From: Pseudobutyrivibrio ruminis
GTDB taxonomy: Bacteria > Bacillota > Clostridia > Lachnospirales > Lachnospiraceae
Assembly: GCA_015057315.1 (NCBI GenBank)
Contig: SVER01000014.1
Coordinates: 10,388-74,387, forward strand
Length of the DNA stretch: 64,000 nt
Direction of reading: 5' to 3'
Part shown: positions 49,839 through 58,619 of the stretch, piece after piece
How positions within the stretch are numbered: position 1 is the first letter of the stretch
Layout: every line of letters starts with the position of its first letter
Program-made: the position numbers and the translations under genes
Notes under the pieces: model-generated
Database searches by the model: none
What the model saw: only the letters and a program-made list of their open reading frames with translations
Told to the model about the DNA's origin: nothing

Positions 49839-50241
49839 TCAAATTCGCACATGGACATGTGTGAATTTGATTGCCCAGAACTGCCAATTGCCGTAGGCAA
49901 TCTTCAATGGCAGTTCTTCCCACTGTAATCCGTAATCATTTCGCTGACCCATACATATCTTTCTAAGACACGCTTTCGCTCATGTCGTGCTCGTTGCCCT
50001 ACGTAAGGTGCTGCGTTGCACCACCTAAGTAGGGACGGCACTTTAAGGTCTTTAGAAAGACATGTATGTCTCAACTCAATGATTACTCACTTAATAACCC
50101 AAGCCGACAACATAACCTTGGTAAGCGCGAGCAGGGGGGCGCCATGCCTGACCATGGGTGGGTGCCCACGCCGGCGGGCTCCCATGGTTAGGTATGGAGG
50201 GTGCCCTGCGGGAGCACGGAACACTTGGGGGTCGGCGGATT
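49834..50241 (+). repeat. Cluster of four imperfect hairpins in the asnS-asnA spacer
   Basis: About 49834-49874, 49878-49916, 49932-50086 and 50103-50236; the last ends in cggatt before the asnA RBS. Confidence 0.8.
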
Positions 50242-50258
50242 TGACATAGGAGGAGAAT

Positions 50259-51269
50259 ATGAGCAAGATATACATTCCAGATGGATATGCTTCGGCACTT
50301 GATTTGAAAGAGACACAGATTGCTATTAAGAAGGTGAAGGATTTCTTCCAGGCACAGCTTACAGCGGAGCTTAATCTTCATCGTGTTACGGCTCCACTAT
50401 TTGTTGAGCCAGAGTCAGGTCTTAATGATAATTTGAATGGTGTGGAACGCCCAGTTGCTTTCGGTGTGAAGGAGCAGGGTGATAAAGAGGTAGAGGTTGT
50501 TCATTCACTTGCTAAGTGGAAGAGAATGGCCCTAGGCAGATATCATTTCAATGTAGGCGAAGGTCTTTACACTGATATGAACGCAATCCGTCGTGACGAG
50601 GACACTGATAATATTCATTCTATTTATGTGGATCAGTGGGATTGGGAGTGTATAATCGAAAAAGCTGATAGGAATGAGGAGACTCTTAAGAAGTACGTAA
50701 AGAGTGTTTATGCAGCACTTCGTGTCACAGAAAAATACATTGCAAATGCCTATGATTATGTGCAGTGCATTTTGCCAGAGGAGATTCATTTTATCACTAC
50801 TCAGGAGCTTGAGGATAGATGGCCTAATCTTTCTTCTAGTGAGAGGGAGTATGAAGCAGCTAAGGAATACGGCGCAATTTTCCTTATGAAGATTGGTGAT
50901 TTGCTTGAGTCAGGTCAGAAGCATGACGGCCGTGCTCCTGATTATGATGACTGGCAGTTAAATGGAGATATCATTGTGTATTATCCAGTTGATGATATTT
51001 CACTTGAGCTTTCATCCATGGGAATCAGAGTGGATGAGGATAGCCTTAAGAGTCAGCTTGAAAAGGCTGGCTGTGAGGATAGGGCTTCACTTCCATTCCA
51101 AAAGGCAATCCTTGAAAAGAAGCTTCCATATACAATTGGCGGTGGTATAGGACAGAGTCGTATCTGTATGTTCTTCCTTCGCAAGTGCCATATTGGTGAG
51201 GTTCAGTGTTCATTCTGGCCTGAGGAAGATATTAAATATGCTAGTGATAGAGGTGTTACAATTCTATAA
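50259..51269 (+). CDS. asnA: Aspartate-ammonia ligase (asparagine synthetase A)
   Basis: GLNDNLNGVERPV, VVHSLAKWKR, HSIYVDQWDWE, HDGRAPDYDDW, ELSSMGIRV, TIGGGIGQSR. Confidence 0.97.
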   Translation: MSKIYIPDGYASALDLKETQIAIKKVKDFFQAQLTAELNLHRVTAPLFVEPESGLNDNLNGVERPVAFGVKEQGDKEVEVVHSLAKWKRMALGRYHFNVGEGLYTDMNAIRRDEDTDNIHSIYVDQWDWECIIEKADRNEETLKKYVKSVYAALRVTEKYIANAYDYVQCILPEEIHFITTQELEDRWPNLSSSEREYEAAKEYGAIFLMKIGDLLESGQKHDGRAPDYDDWQLNGDIIVYYPVDDISLELSSMGIRVDEDSLKSQLEKAGCEDRASLPFQKAILEKKLPYTIGGGIGQSRICMFFLRKCHIGEVQCSFWPEEDIKYASDRGVTIL

Positions 51270-51316
51270 AATAAAATTATGCTTTACTTTTTTAGTGCTT
51301 TAGCGTAAAATAGTCG

Positions 51317-51345
51317 ATGGCCCTTTTTTAGGGCCATTTTATTGT
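51317..51345 (+). terminator. Intrinsic terminator after asnA
   Basis: atggccct-ttttt-agggccat followed by tttatt. Confidence 0.6.
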
Positions 51346-51376
51346 GTCTTTTTGATTTATGGTTCTTTACTTTAAA

Positions 51377-51394
51377 ACTTTAATGTGCTAAACT
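51377..51394. promoter_or_regulatory. Possible YerC/HisR-type autoregulatory box
   Basis: acTTTAatgtgcTAAAct upstream of yerC; resemblance to the predicted HisR motif is from memory. Confidence 0.35.
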
Positions 51395-51499
51395 GAATTC
51401 ATACAGAACGAACTGTGTGCAATTATGTGTTTTTTTAGATTATAAAGTTCCATTAGAATAATCGCATATTAAACGAGGAATCAATAGGAGTATATTATA

Positions 51500-51787
51500 A
51501 TGAACAAGAAACTTGAAACAGCAGAAATGGACGAGCTTTTGAGAGCTATTCTTAGTCTTGAAACCGTAGAGGAAGCCTACGAGTTTTTTGAAGATTTATG
51601 TACCGTAAACGAGATGGTCGCTATGAAGCAGCGATTCGAGGTTGCTAAAATGCTTCGAGAGGAGCGCACATATCAGGATATCGCTGACGAAACAGGTGCC
51701 AGCTCAGCTACTATCAGCCGTGTTAACCGTGCTCTTAACTATGGTAATGATGGTTATGATATGGTGCTTAAGAGAATCAGTCAGTAA
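51500..51787 (+). CDS. yerC: TrpR-like protein YerC/YecD
   Basis: FFEDLCTVNE..MKQRFEVAKML..TYQDIADETGASSATISRVNRAL; near pcrA. Confidence 0.9.
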   Translation: MNKKLETAEMDELLRAILSLETVEEAYEFFEDLCTVNEMVAMKQRFEVAKMLREERTYQDIADETGASSATISRVNRALNYGNDGYDMVLKRISQ

Positions 51788-51876
51788 TTGTTTAAATAGC
51801 ATAATTATTATGATAAAATGTAGGATGTAGTTTTTGAGACTACATCTTATTTTTTTGCTTTAATTGAGGAGGGAGT

Positions 51877-52512
51877 ATGGACAGCACAAAGAAAAGACTT
51901 AGCAATATTTTACATCAATTGGCAGAGATAGATTATGTCCATCCAGAGGACATCCCTAATATAGATTTGTATATGGATCAGGTGCTTACATTCCTTGACC
52001 AGGAGCTTGGTACTGTGCGTGAGGCCACTGAGGACAAGGCAATGACCAAGACCATGATTAACAACTACACTAAGAATCAGATTTTGCCATCGCCTGAGAA
52101 AAAGAAATATTCCAGGGACCACATGCTTAATCTGATTTTCATATATTATCTTAAGAACTTCCTTTCCATGAAGGATATTAAGAATATTCTAGATCCAATT
52201 AATGAGAGATATTTCGGGGTAGATGAGGGACTTGGCTTTTACGATATTTATTCCGCAATGGTTGGCTACGAGAGCAAGGTTGCCAATGATGTTACAAAGG
52301 ACATTATCCGAAAGTACAATCTTAGTAAGGAAGCCTTCTTAGATCAGGATGAGGAATCCAGGGCAGAGCTGCAGGAATTCACATTTATCTGCGAGCTTGC
52401 TTTCGATGTCTTTGTTAAAAAGATGATGATTGAACAGTTCGTGGCAGGTCGTGATTCAAAGGGTGAAGAGAAGAAAGAAAATCGTACTAAAGAAAATCCA
52501 AAGGAAAAGTAA
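51877..52512 (+). CDS. DUF1836-like protein
   Basis: IPNIDLYMDQV, MTKTMINNYTK..LPSPEKKKYSRDH. Confidence 0.8.
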   Translation: MDSTKKRLSNILHQLAEIDYVHPEDIPNIDLYMDQVLTFLDQELGTVREATEDKAMTKTMINNYTKNQILPSPEKKKYSRDHMLNLIFIYYLKNFLSMKDIKNILDPINERYFGVDEGLGFYDIYSAMVGYESKVANDVTKDIIRKYNLSKEAFLDQDEESRAELQEFTFICELAFDVFVKKMMIEQFVAGRDSKGEEKKENRTKENPKEK

Positions 52513-52597
52513 GGATTATATAGATAGAATGATTTTTATATGATAGAATTATTCAGAACAAATTTTCGAATTAACTAATAGATTGGAATTAATAGTT

Positions 52598-54919
52598 ATG
52601 GATTTAAGTATGTTAAATGACAGGCAGCGTGAGGGTGTTGTTACCACAGAAGGTCCAGTGCTTATCCTGGCTGGCGCCGGTTCTGGTAAGACTAGGGTGC
52701 TTACACATCGTGTTGCTTATTTAATAGAGCAGGGGGTAATGCCATATAATATCATGGCCATCACCTTCACTAACAAGGCCGCACGTGAGATGCGTGAGCG
52801 TATTGATAATATAGTAGGCTTTGGTTCAGATGGGGTGTGGGTTGCTACATTCCATGCATCTTGTGTAAGAATCCTGAGAAGATTTTGCGAGAATCTTGGG
52901 CAGGGGTACACTAGCAATTTCACCATCTACGATACAGACGATTGCAAGACCCTTATGAAGGACATCTGCAAATATCTTCAGATAGATACTAAGCAGTTTA
53001 AGGAACGTACATTTTTAAATGTTATCTCAGATGCTAAGAACAAATTAATCGGTCCTGAGGAATTTACCAATCGTGCCATGGGTGATTATAATATGACCCG
53101 TCAAGCATCTGTTTACAGGGAATATCAGGCTCGTCTTCGTCAGAACAATGCCTTTGATTTTGACGATTTGATTATGAAGACTGTTGAGCTGCTTAAGCTT
53201 GACCCTGAGGTGCAGGCATATTATCAGAACAAGTTCCATTACATCATGGTGGACGAGTATCAGGATACTAATGCAGCTCAGTTCGAGCTGGTTCGTCTAT
53301 TATCCAGTGGCAGGGAGAATCTTTGCGTAGTAGGTGATGATGACCAGTCCATCTACAAGTTCCGCGGTGCGGATATTTACAATATTCTTAATTTTGAGCA
53401 GCATTTTCCAAATGCTCACGTGATTAAGCTGGAGCAGAATTATCGTAGTACAGGCAATATCCTGGATGCTGCCAATGCAGTCATTGCCAATAACGAAGGC
53501 CGTAAGGAAAAGGCTCTTTGGACAGAGGAGGAGGCTGGAGATAAGATTCAGTTCCAGCAATTCGACAGTGCTTATGAGGAGGCCAGCTACATTGCCAGCA
53601 ATATAGCGGGCTTTGTTCGCAAGGGTGAGGCGGATTACAGGGACTGCGCAATCCTTTATCGTACTAATGCCCAGTCTCGTCTTATAGAAGAAAAGATGAT
53701 TTACGAGGGCATTCCTTACAAGATTGTGGGCGGTGTTAATTTCTACAGCCGTAAGGAAATCAAGGATGTGCTTGCATATCTTAAGACAGTTGATAACGGG
53801 GCAGATGATATTGCTGTTCAGCGAATCATCAATATTCCAAAGCGCGGTATTGGTGCCACATCAATTGCAAAGGTGTCAGATTACGCCAGGGAGCATGGCC
53901 TTAATTTCTATGAGGCACTTGTTCACGCCAATGATATTCCATCTATCGGAAAGGCTGCAGTTAAGATTAAGGGCTTCACAGATTTAATCGAAAAGCTCAG
54001 AAAGATTGCAACAGAGGAATCTGTATCATCCCTTGTAGAGGAAATCCTAGACCAGACAGATTACGTGGCTGAGCTTAGAGCAGAGGGCACAGATGAGGCC
54101 AAGGCTCGTATCGAGAATATCGACGAGTTACTTACTAAGGCAGTTGCCTACGAAAAGGATGCCAGGGATGATGGTGAGGAAGCTACACTGTCAGGCTTCT
54201 TGGAGGATGTTGCTCTTGTTGCTGATATAGATAGCTATGAGGAAAGTGACAACTATGTTGTCCTTATGACACTCCACGGTGCTAAGGGATTAGAGTTCCC
54301 ACGTGTTTACATGGCAGGCATGGAAGATGGTCTGTTCCCAGGTCAGGGGGCAATCTTTGATGGCGGTGGAGCCGATTCGGAATTAGAAGAAGAGCGCCGT
54401 CTTGCCTATGTTGGAATCACCCGAGCCAGAGAGCATCTTACTATGACAGCAGCCCGTATGCGTATGATTCGTGGCGAGACACAGTTCCACAAGATTTCAC
54501 GCTTTGTTAAGGAAATCCCTGAGGATTTAATTAAGGGTAATCTCTGGGAGCCAAAGCCTATGGAGGATTATTCAAGCACTCCTATTGGAGAGTACTCTGT
54601 ATATCAAAAGCCTTCTGGCAGAGGCCCAGCCATCGCCACAAGCTACGGCGATAATAAGCGCTCAGTACGTGATACATTTAAGACTAACGTATATACGGTA
54701 GGAAGTTCCACTACCGCAGTTGCCAACAAAAACGGAACTAAGATAGAAAAAGCAGAATTGGAATATGGTATCGGCGACAGAGTCAGCCATATTAAATTTA
54801 AAGAAGGCACAGTAAAGGACATCATCGACGAAGGCCGTGACTACGAAGTCACCGTAGACTTCGACGGTGTCGGCGTGAAGAAAATGTTCGCTTCCTTCGC
54901 AAAATTAAAGAAAGTATAA
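52598..54919 (+). CDS. pcrA: ATP-dependent DNA helicase PcrA
   Basis: AGAGSGKT, TFTNKAA, VDEYQDTN, VGDDDQSIY, QNYRS, TLHGAKGLEF, EERRLAYVGITRA. Confidence 0.97.
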   Translation: MDLSMLNDRQREGVVTTEGPVLILAGAGSGKTRVLTHRVAYLIEQGVMPYNIMAITFTNKAAREMRERIDNIVGFGSDGVWVATFHASCVRILRRFCENLGQGYTSNFTIYDTDDCKTLMKDICKYLQIDTKQFKERTFLNVISDAKNKLIGPEEFTNRAMGDYNMTRQASVYREYQARLRQNNAFDFDDLIMKTVELLKLDPEVQAYYQNKFHYIMVDEYQDTNAAQFELVRLLSSGRENLCVVGDDDQSIYKFRGADIYNILNFEQHFPNAHVIKLEQNYRSTGNILDAANAVIANNEGRKEKALWTEEEAGDKIQFQQFDSAYEEASYIASNIAGFVRKGEADYRDCAILYRTNAQSRLIEEKMIYEGIPYKIVGGVNFYSRKEIKDVLAYLKTVDNGADDIAVQRIINIPKRGIGATSIAKVSDYAREHGLNFYEALVHANDIPSIGKAAVKIKGFTDLIEKLRKIATEESVSSLVEEILDQTDYVAELRAEGTDEAKARIENIDELLTKAVAYEKDARDDGEEATLSGFLEDVALVADIDSYEESDNYVVLMTLHGAKGLEFPRVYMAGMEDGLFPGQGAIFDGGGADSELEEERRLAYVGITRAREHLTMTAARMRMIRGETQFHKISRFVKEIPEDLIKGNLWEPKPMEDYSSTPIGEYSVYQKPSGRGPAIATSYGDNKRSVRDTFKTNVYTVGSSTTAVANKNGTKIEKAELEYGIGDRVSHIKFKEGTVKDIIDEGRDYEVTVDFDGVGVKKMFASFAKLKKV

Positions 54920-54925
54920 GAAAGA

Positions 54926-54974
54926 GGCTTCCCCTTGAGGGGAAGCTGTCAGCGATAGCTGACTGATGAGGTGT
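54926..54974. repeat. REP-like element
   Basis: ggcttccccttgaggggaagctgtcagcgatagctgactgatgaggtgt. Confidence 0.75.
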
Positions 54975-54979
54975 AAAAT

Positions 54980-56650
54980 ATGAAACGAGGTGAAGTTGTA
55001 CAAGGTAAAGTTATAAAAGTAAACTTCCCTAACAAAGGTATAATAGAAACAGCCGAGGGAGACAAGCTCCGTGTTAAGGGCGTGTTGCCAGGCCAGACTG
55101 TTTCAGTAAGAGTTAAAAAGAGTTCAAAAGAAAAGGCGCAGGGCAATCTACTTTCGGTAGATGCTCCATCGCCTATAGAAATGGATACCCCAGCATGCGT
55201 GCATTATGGTAAATGCGGTGGCTGTACATATCAGTCGCTTCCTTACGAGGAGCAGCTAAAGCTGAAAGAGGGCATGATTCATGATTTAATGGCTCCTGTC
55301 ATCAGCGAAGACGTATGGAATGCCACATACGAAGGCATCAAAGCCAGCCCAAAGCAGTTTGGTTATCGTAATAAAATGGAGTTCTCATTCGGAGATGAGG
55401 TAAAGGACGGCCCACTTACACTTGGTATGCACAAGAAGGGCAGTTTCTATGATGTTGTTACAGTAGATGGTTGTCAAATTATCGATGCAGATATGCGTCG
55501 TGTCCTTACAATCACTTTAGATTACTTCGCAAATGCTAAGCAGCCATATTATCGCAAGAATACACATGAAGGATACTTGCGTCATCTGCTTGTTCGTAAG
55601 GCAACAAAGACAGGTGAAATCTTAGTAGATTTGGTTACCAGCACACAGATTTCATCAATCTACGAGCTTGCTCTTTTAGAGGGATGGAAGCAGGCACTTT
55701 TGAAATGTCAGGATTGGGAAGGAAAGCTTACAGGTATTCTTCATACTAAAAATGATAGAGAGGCTGATGTGGTAGCAGACGAAGGCACAGAGGTGCTTTA
55801 CGGACAAAGCTGGTTTAAGGAAGAGCTTCTTGGTCTTTCATTTACTATCAGCCCATTCTCATTCTTCCAGACTAATTCTTTAGGAGCAGAAGTACTTTAC
55901 AGCACAGCCCGTGATTTTATTGCATCAGGAGCTGACGGAGCCGAAGTATACGATTTGTATTCAGGCACTGGCACAATCGCCCAGGTTATCGCCCCTGCAG
56001 CTAAGCACGTAACAGGTGTAGAAATCATCGCCGAAGCAGTTGAAGCAGCCAAGGACAATGCCAAGCTCAACGGACTTGATAACTGCGATTTCATCGCAGG
56101 CGATGTTCTCAAAGTGCTGGACGACATCACAGAAAAGCCAGACTACATTATCCTAGACCCACCTAGGGACGGCATCCATCCAAAGGCCTTGGACAAAATT
56201 ATCGATTACGGCGTAGATTCCCTAATCTACATATCTTGCAAGCCTACTAGCCTTGCCCGCGACCTAGAGGTCTTCCTAGCCCGCGGCTACAAGGTCACAC
56301 GCCTTGCCTGCGTTGACATGTTTCCGGGTACTTACCATGTGGAGACGTGCGTACTTTTGTCCAAACTTTCTAGTGCAGAAAACCACGTAGAATTCAGTAT
56401 TTCAGGTGATGAATTGGACGTTACAACAGCAGAAAGTAAAGCGACATATCAACAGATAAAAGATTGGGTACAAAAAGAGTGTGGCTTAACTGTTTCATCA
56501 CTGAATATTGCCCAAGTAAAGCGTGCTAATGGAATAATTGAGCGCGAATGCTATAATGAACCAAAATCTGAAGACAGTAGACAGCCAGGCTGCCCAGAAG
56601 AAAAGTGGAAGGCCATTGAAGAGGCTCTGAAGTATTTTCAGATGATATAA
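54980..56650 (+). CDS. rlmD: 23S rRNA m5U methyltransferase RlmD with C-terminal extension
   Basis: C...GKCGGC, YRNKMEF, FFQTN, DLYSGTGTI, LDPPRDG, YISC, DMFPGTYHVE, followed by about 95 extra residues. Confidence 0.93.
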   Translation: MKRGEVVQGKVIKVNFPNKGIIETAEGDKLRVKGVLPGQTVSVRVKKSSKEKAQGNLLSVDAPSPIEMDTPACVHYGKCGGCTYQSLPYEEQLKLKEGMIHDLMAPVISEDVWNATYEGIKASPKQFGYRNKMEFSFGDEVKDGPLTLGMHKKGSFYDVVTVDGCQIIDADMRRVLTITLDYFANAKQPYYRKNTHEGYLRHLLVRKATKTGEILVDLVTSTQISSIYELALLEGWKQALLKCQDWEGKLTGILHTKNDREADVVADEGTEVLYGQSWFKEELLGLSFTISPFSFFQTNSLGAEVLYSTARDFIASGADGAEVYDLYSGTGTIAQVIAPAAKHVTGVEIIAEAVEAAKDNAKLNGLDNCDFIAGDVLKVLDDITEKPDYIILDPPRDGIHPKALDKIIDYGVDSLIYISCKPTSLARDLEVFLARGYKVTRLACVDMFPGTYHVETCVLLSKLSSAENHVEFSISGDELDVTTAESKATYQQIKDWVQKECGLTVSSLNIAQVKRANGIIERECYNEPKSEDSRQPGCPEEKWKAIEEALKYFQMI

Positions 56651-56665
56651 GAAATAAAAAAATGT

Positions 56666-56702
56666 AGTGACAGGATAATTGCCTTCTGTCACTTATTTTT
56701 TT
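56666..56702 (+). terminator. Intrinsic terminator after rlmD
   Basis: agtgacagga...ttctgtcact followed by tatttttt. Confidence 0.7.
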
Positions 56703-56818
56703 GATTAATTTGTTATACAAATGTAAATTTTATATTTCAAGAAAATCCGAATGATTATTTTTAAAATCATAGTATAATGAGGCTAAACAGTACGTCTATT
56801 TCTAGGAGAAAAAGTGGA

Positions 56819-57367
56819 ATGTTACATATAATATTTAAAGAGAAACTAGTTAAAAATAAAATGGATAGTAGCAATCTTTTTAGAATTCTACTAGAATACC
56901 TTCTCCCTATTGTAATAATATTGGTGCTTTTTCATTACGTACTATTGGCTGGTACTATTTCAAGTGGAAGTATGGAACCAACCTTAATGACTGGTTCAGT
57001 GATGTTTGGAAATAGACTAGCATATGTTGTAAAAGATGTTGAAAGAGGCGATATTATTTTTTTTAAGCACGAAAAGGAGATAGCAGGAAAGCGAGTAATA
57101 GGTATTCCAGGAGATAAAATTGAGTTTTTTGATGGCGATGTGTATTTGAATGATAAAAAACTTGAGGAAGATTATCTTGCTTTTGATACAGATACAAATT
57201 GTAGTGAAACATTTGTTGTACCTAATGGAACCGTGTTTGTAATGGGCGATAATAGAGAAAACTCTAGTGATTCGAGAAGTTGGGAAAATCCATATGTGGA
57301 CACAGATACCATAGTTGCCAAATTGATATTTGTTACACCTCCATGGTTTGCCAAATTGTATTACTAA
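56819..57367 (+). CDS. lepB: Signal peptidase I (S26A)
   Basis: TM then SGSMEPTL (Ser), RGDIIFF, KRVIGIPGD (Lys), MGDNRENSSDSR. Start 56777 or 56819. Confidence 0.9.
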   Translation: MLHIIFKEKLVKNKMDSSNLFRILLEYLLPIVIILVLFHYVLLAGTISSGSMEPTLMTGSVMFGNRLAYVVKDVERGDIIFFKHEKEIAGKRVIGIPGDKIEFFDGDVYLNDKKLEEDYLAFDTDTNCSETFVVPNGTVFVMGDNRENSSDSRSWENPYVDTDTIVAKLIFVTPPWFAKLYY

Positions 57368-57734
57368 ATGAAAAGTAATACAATTTTATAAAATAATATA
57401 GATAGAAGTCCCTGTTGGAGTAATCTTGCAGGGGCTTATTTTTTTCTTGGAAATTGATATAGAAAGCTACCTCATAGTTATAAGTTTTAAATGATACCAA
57501 ATTTTGAAATAAGATGGGCTAATTGTATGCATAAATAATTGGTTATAAAAAACTTGCTTGAAATGATGCGTACATGCTAATATAACTACATTTTTGAACA
57601 CACTAGATTCATACAAAAATGATACTATTAATGAAAGTTAAGAAAAATGATATCGTATATGACTACAAATAACTATCAAATGTAAATTGCATTGGTATAG
57701 ATAATTTCCAAAGGGATATTTGGAGGTTATATCT

Positions 57735-58607
57735 ATGATAATTTTAAATAAAAAATTTATATTTCTATTATCGATACTCGTACTAATAGTCACCATTATA
57801 TTAAATGTCAATATTTTTTTGTGACAGTTATTATTGGAGTCAAGGACAAAGTGTACTGTGGCAATAGAACGAGGTGATACAGTTTTATACATTGGTGACG
57901 ATATTGCTGTTGAACATGGAAATATAACTGAAAAAGGAAGAGAAGTAGTTCTTGGCTCAGGTTTTTCTGAGCAAGTTATAATTAATGCACAAAATTCATA
58001 TAATTCGTCACATTCAAACAGCACAAACGATAATACCGTAGAAAATGCTAGTTCAAGTGAAAAGAATACTGCCGACCAACAGCAAGAAACAAGCAATAAT
58101 AAAACTGAAATAAAAGATAAAAGTGCAAGACCAAATTATACTGAACAAGAAATTGAAGCGGCTTGGACAGAAATGGAAAAGATAGAATCAACCTGCACTG
58201 AAACAAGATATGCAACCTACTCAAATACTCTCACTGGAGAAACAAAGTCAGAAGAGTTATCATTGGCTGATTATAAGTATGTTGAAACTGAACGAAAAGA
58301 AGCTACTTGCACAGAAGCAGGTTCAATAACATATACTTGCGAGATATGTGGTGATACTTATTCAGAAGAAATCCCTGCTCTAAGTCACGATTACGAGTGG
58401 GTCACAACTAAAGAAGCTTCATTCTTTACTCTAGGTGAAGAACAATACGTCTGCAATAATTGTGGAGATGTATGAAAAACAAGAGAGAATTCTACTACTT
58501 GCCCAATTCCACTTATGGGAATAATAATAGGTATATGTGTTGTTTTCATCGGGTCAGTCAGTGGAATAGTTGTTTTGAAGAAAAAGAAAACAATTAAAGA
58601 GATTTAG
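57735..58607 (+). pseudogene. CxxC-repeat surface protein paralog 1, interrupted by two in-frame TGA codons
   Basis: RBS ggagg and ATG 57735 with a signal peptide; TGA at 57822 and 58473; same frame continues to a TM anchor and TAG at 58605, about 90% identical to the paralog 2 3' end. Confidence 0.8.
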
Positions 58608-58619
58608 GAGGTTATATCA

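Noticed and set aside
50016-50381. ORFs 50016-50249, 50087-50275 and 50091-50381
   Set aside because: They overlap GC-rich hairpin elements or asnA antisense, with atypical composition
54961-54974. Hammerhead ribozyme suggested by ctgatgag
   Set aside because: No GAAA core or stem I/III partners; the motif is part of the REP-like repeat
57735-58607. Genome-wide TGA reassignment
   Set aside because: Other genes in the window (22153-22419, 24708-28034) terminate at TGA
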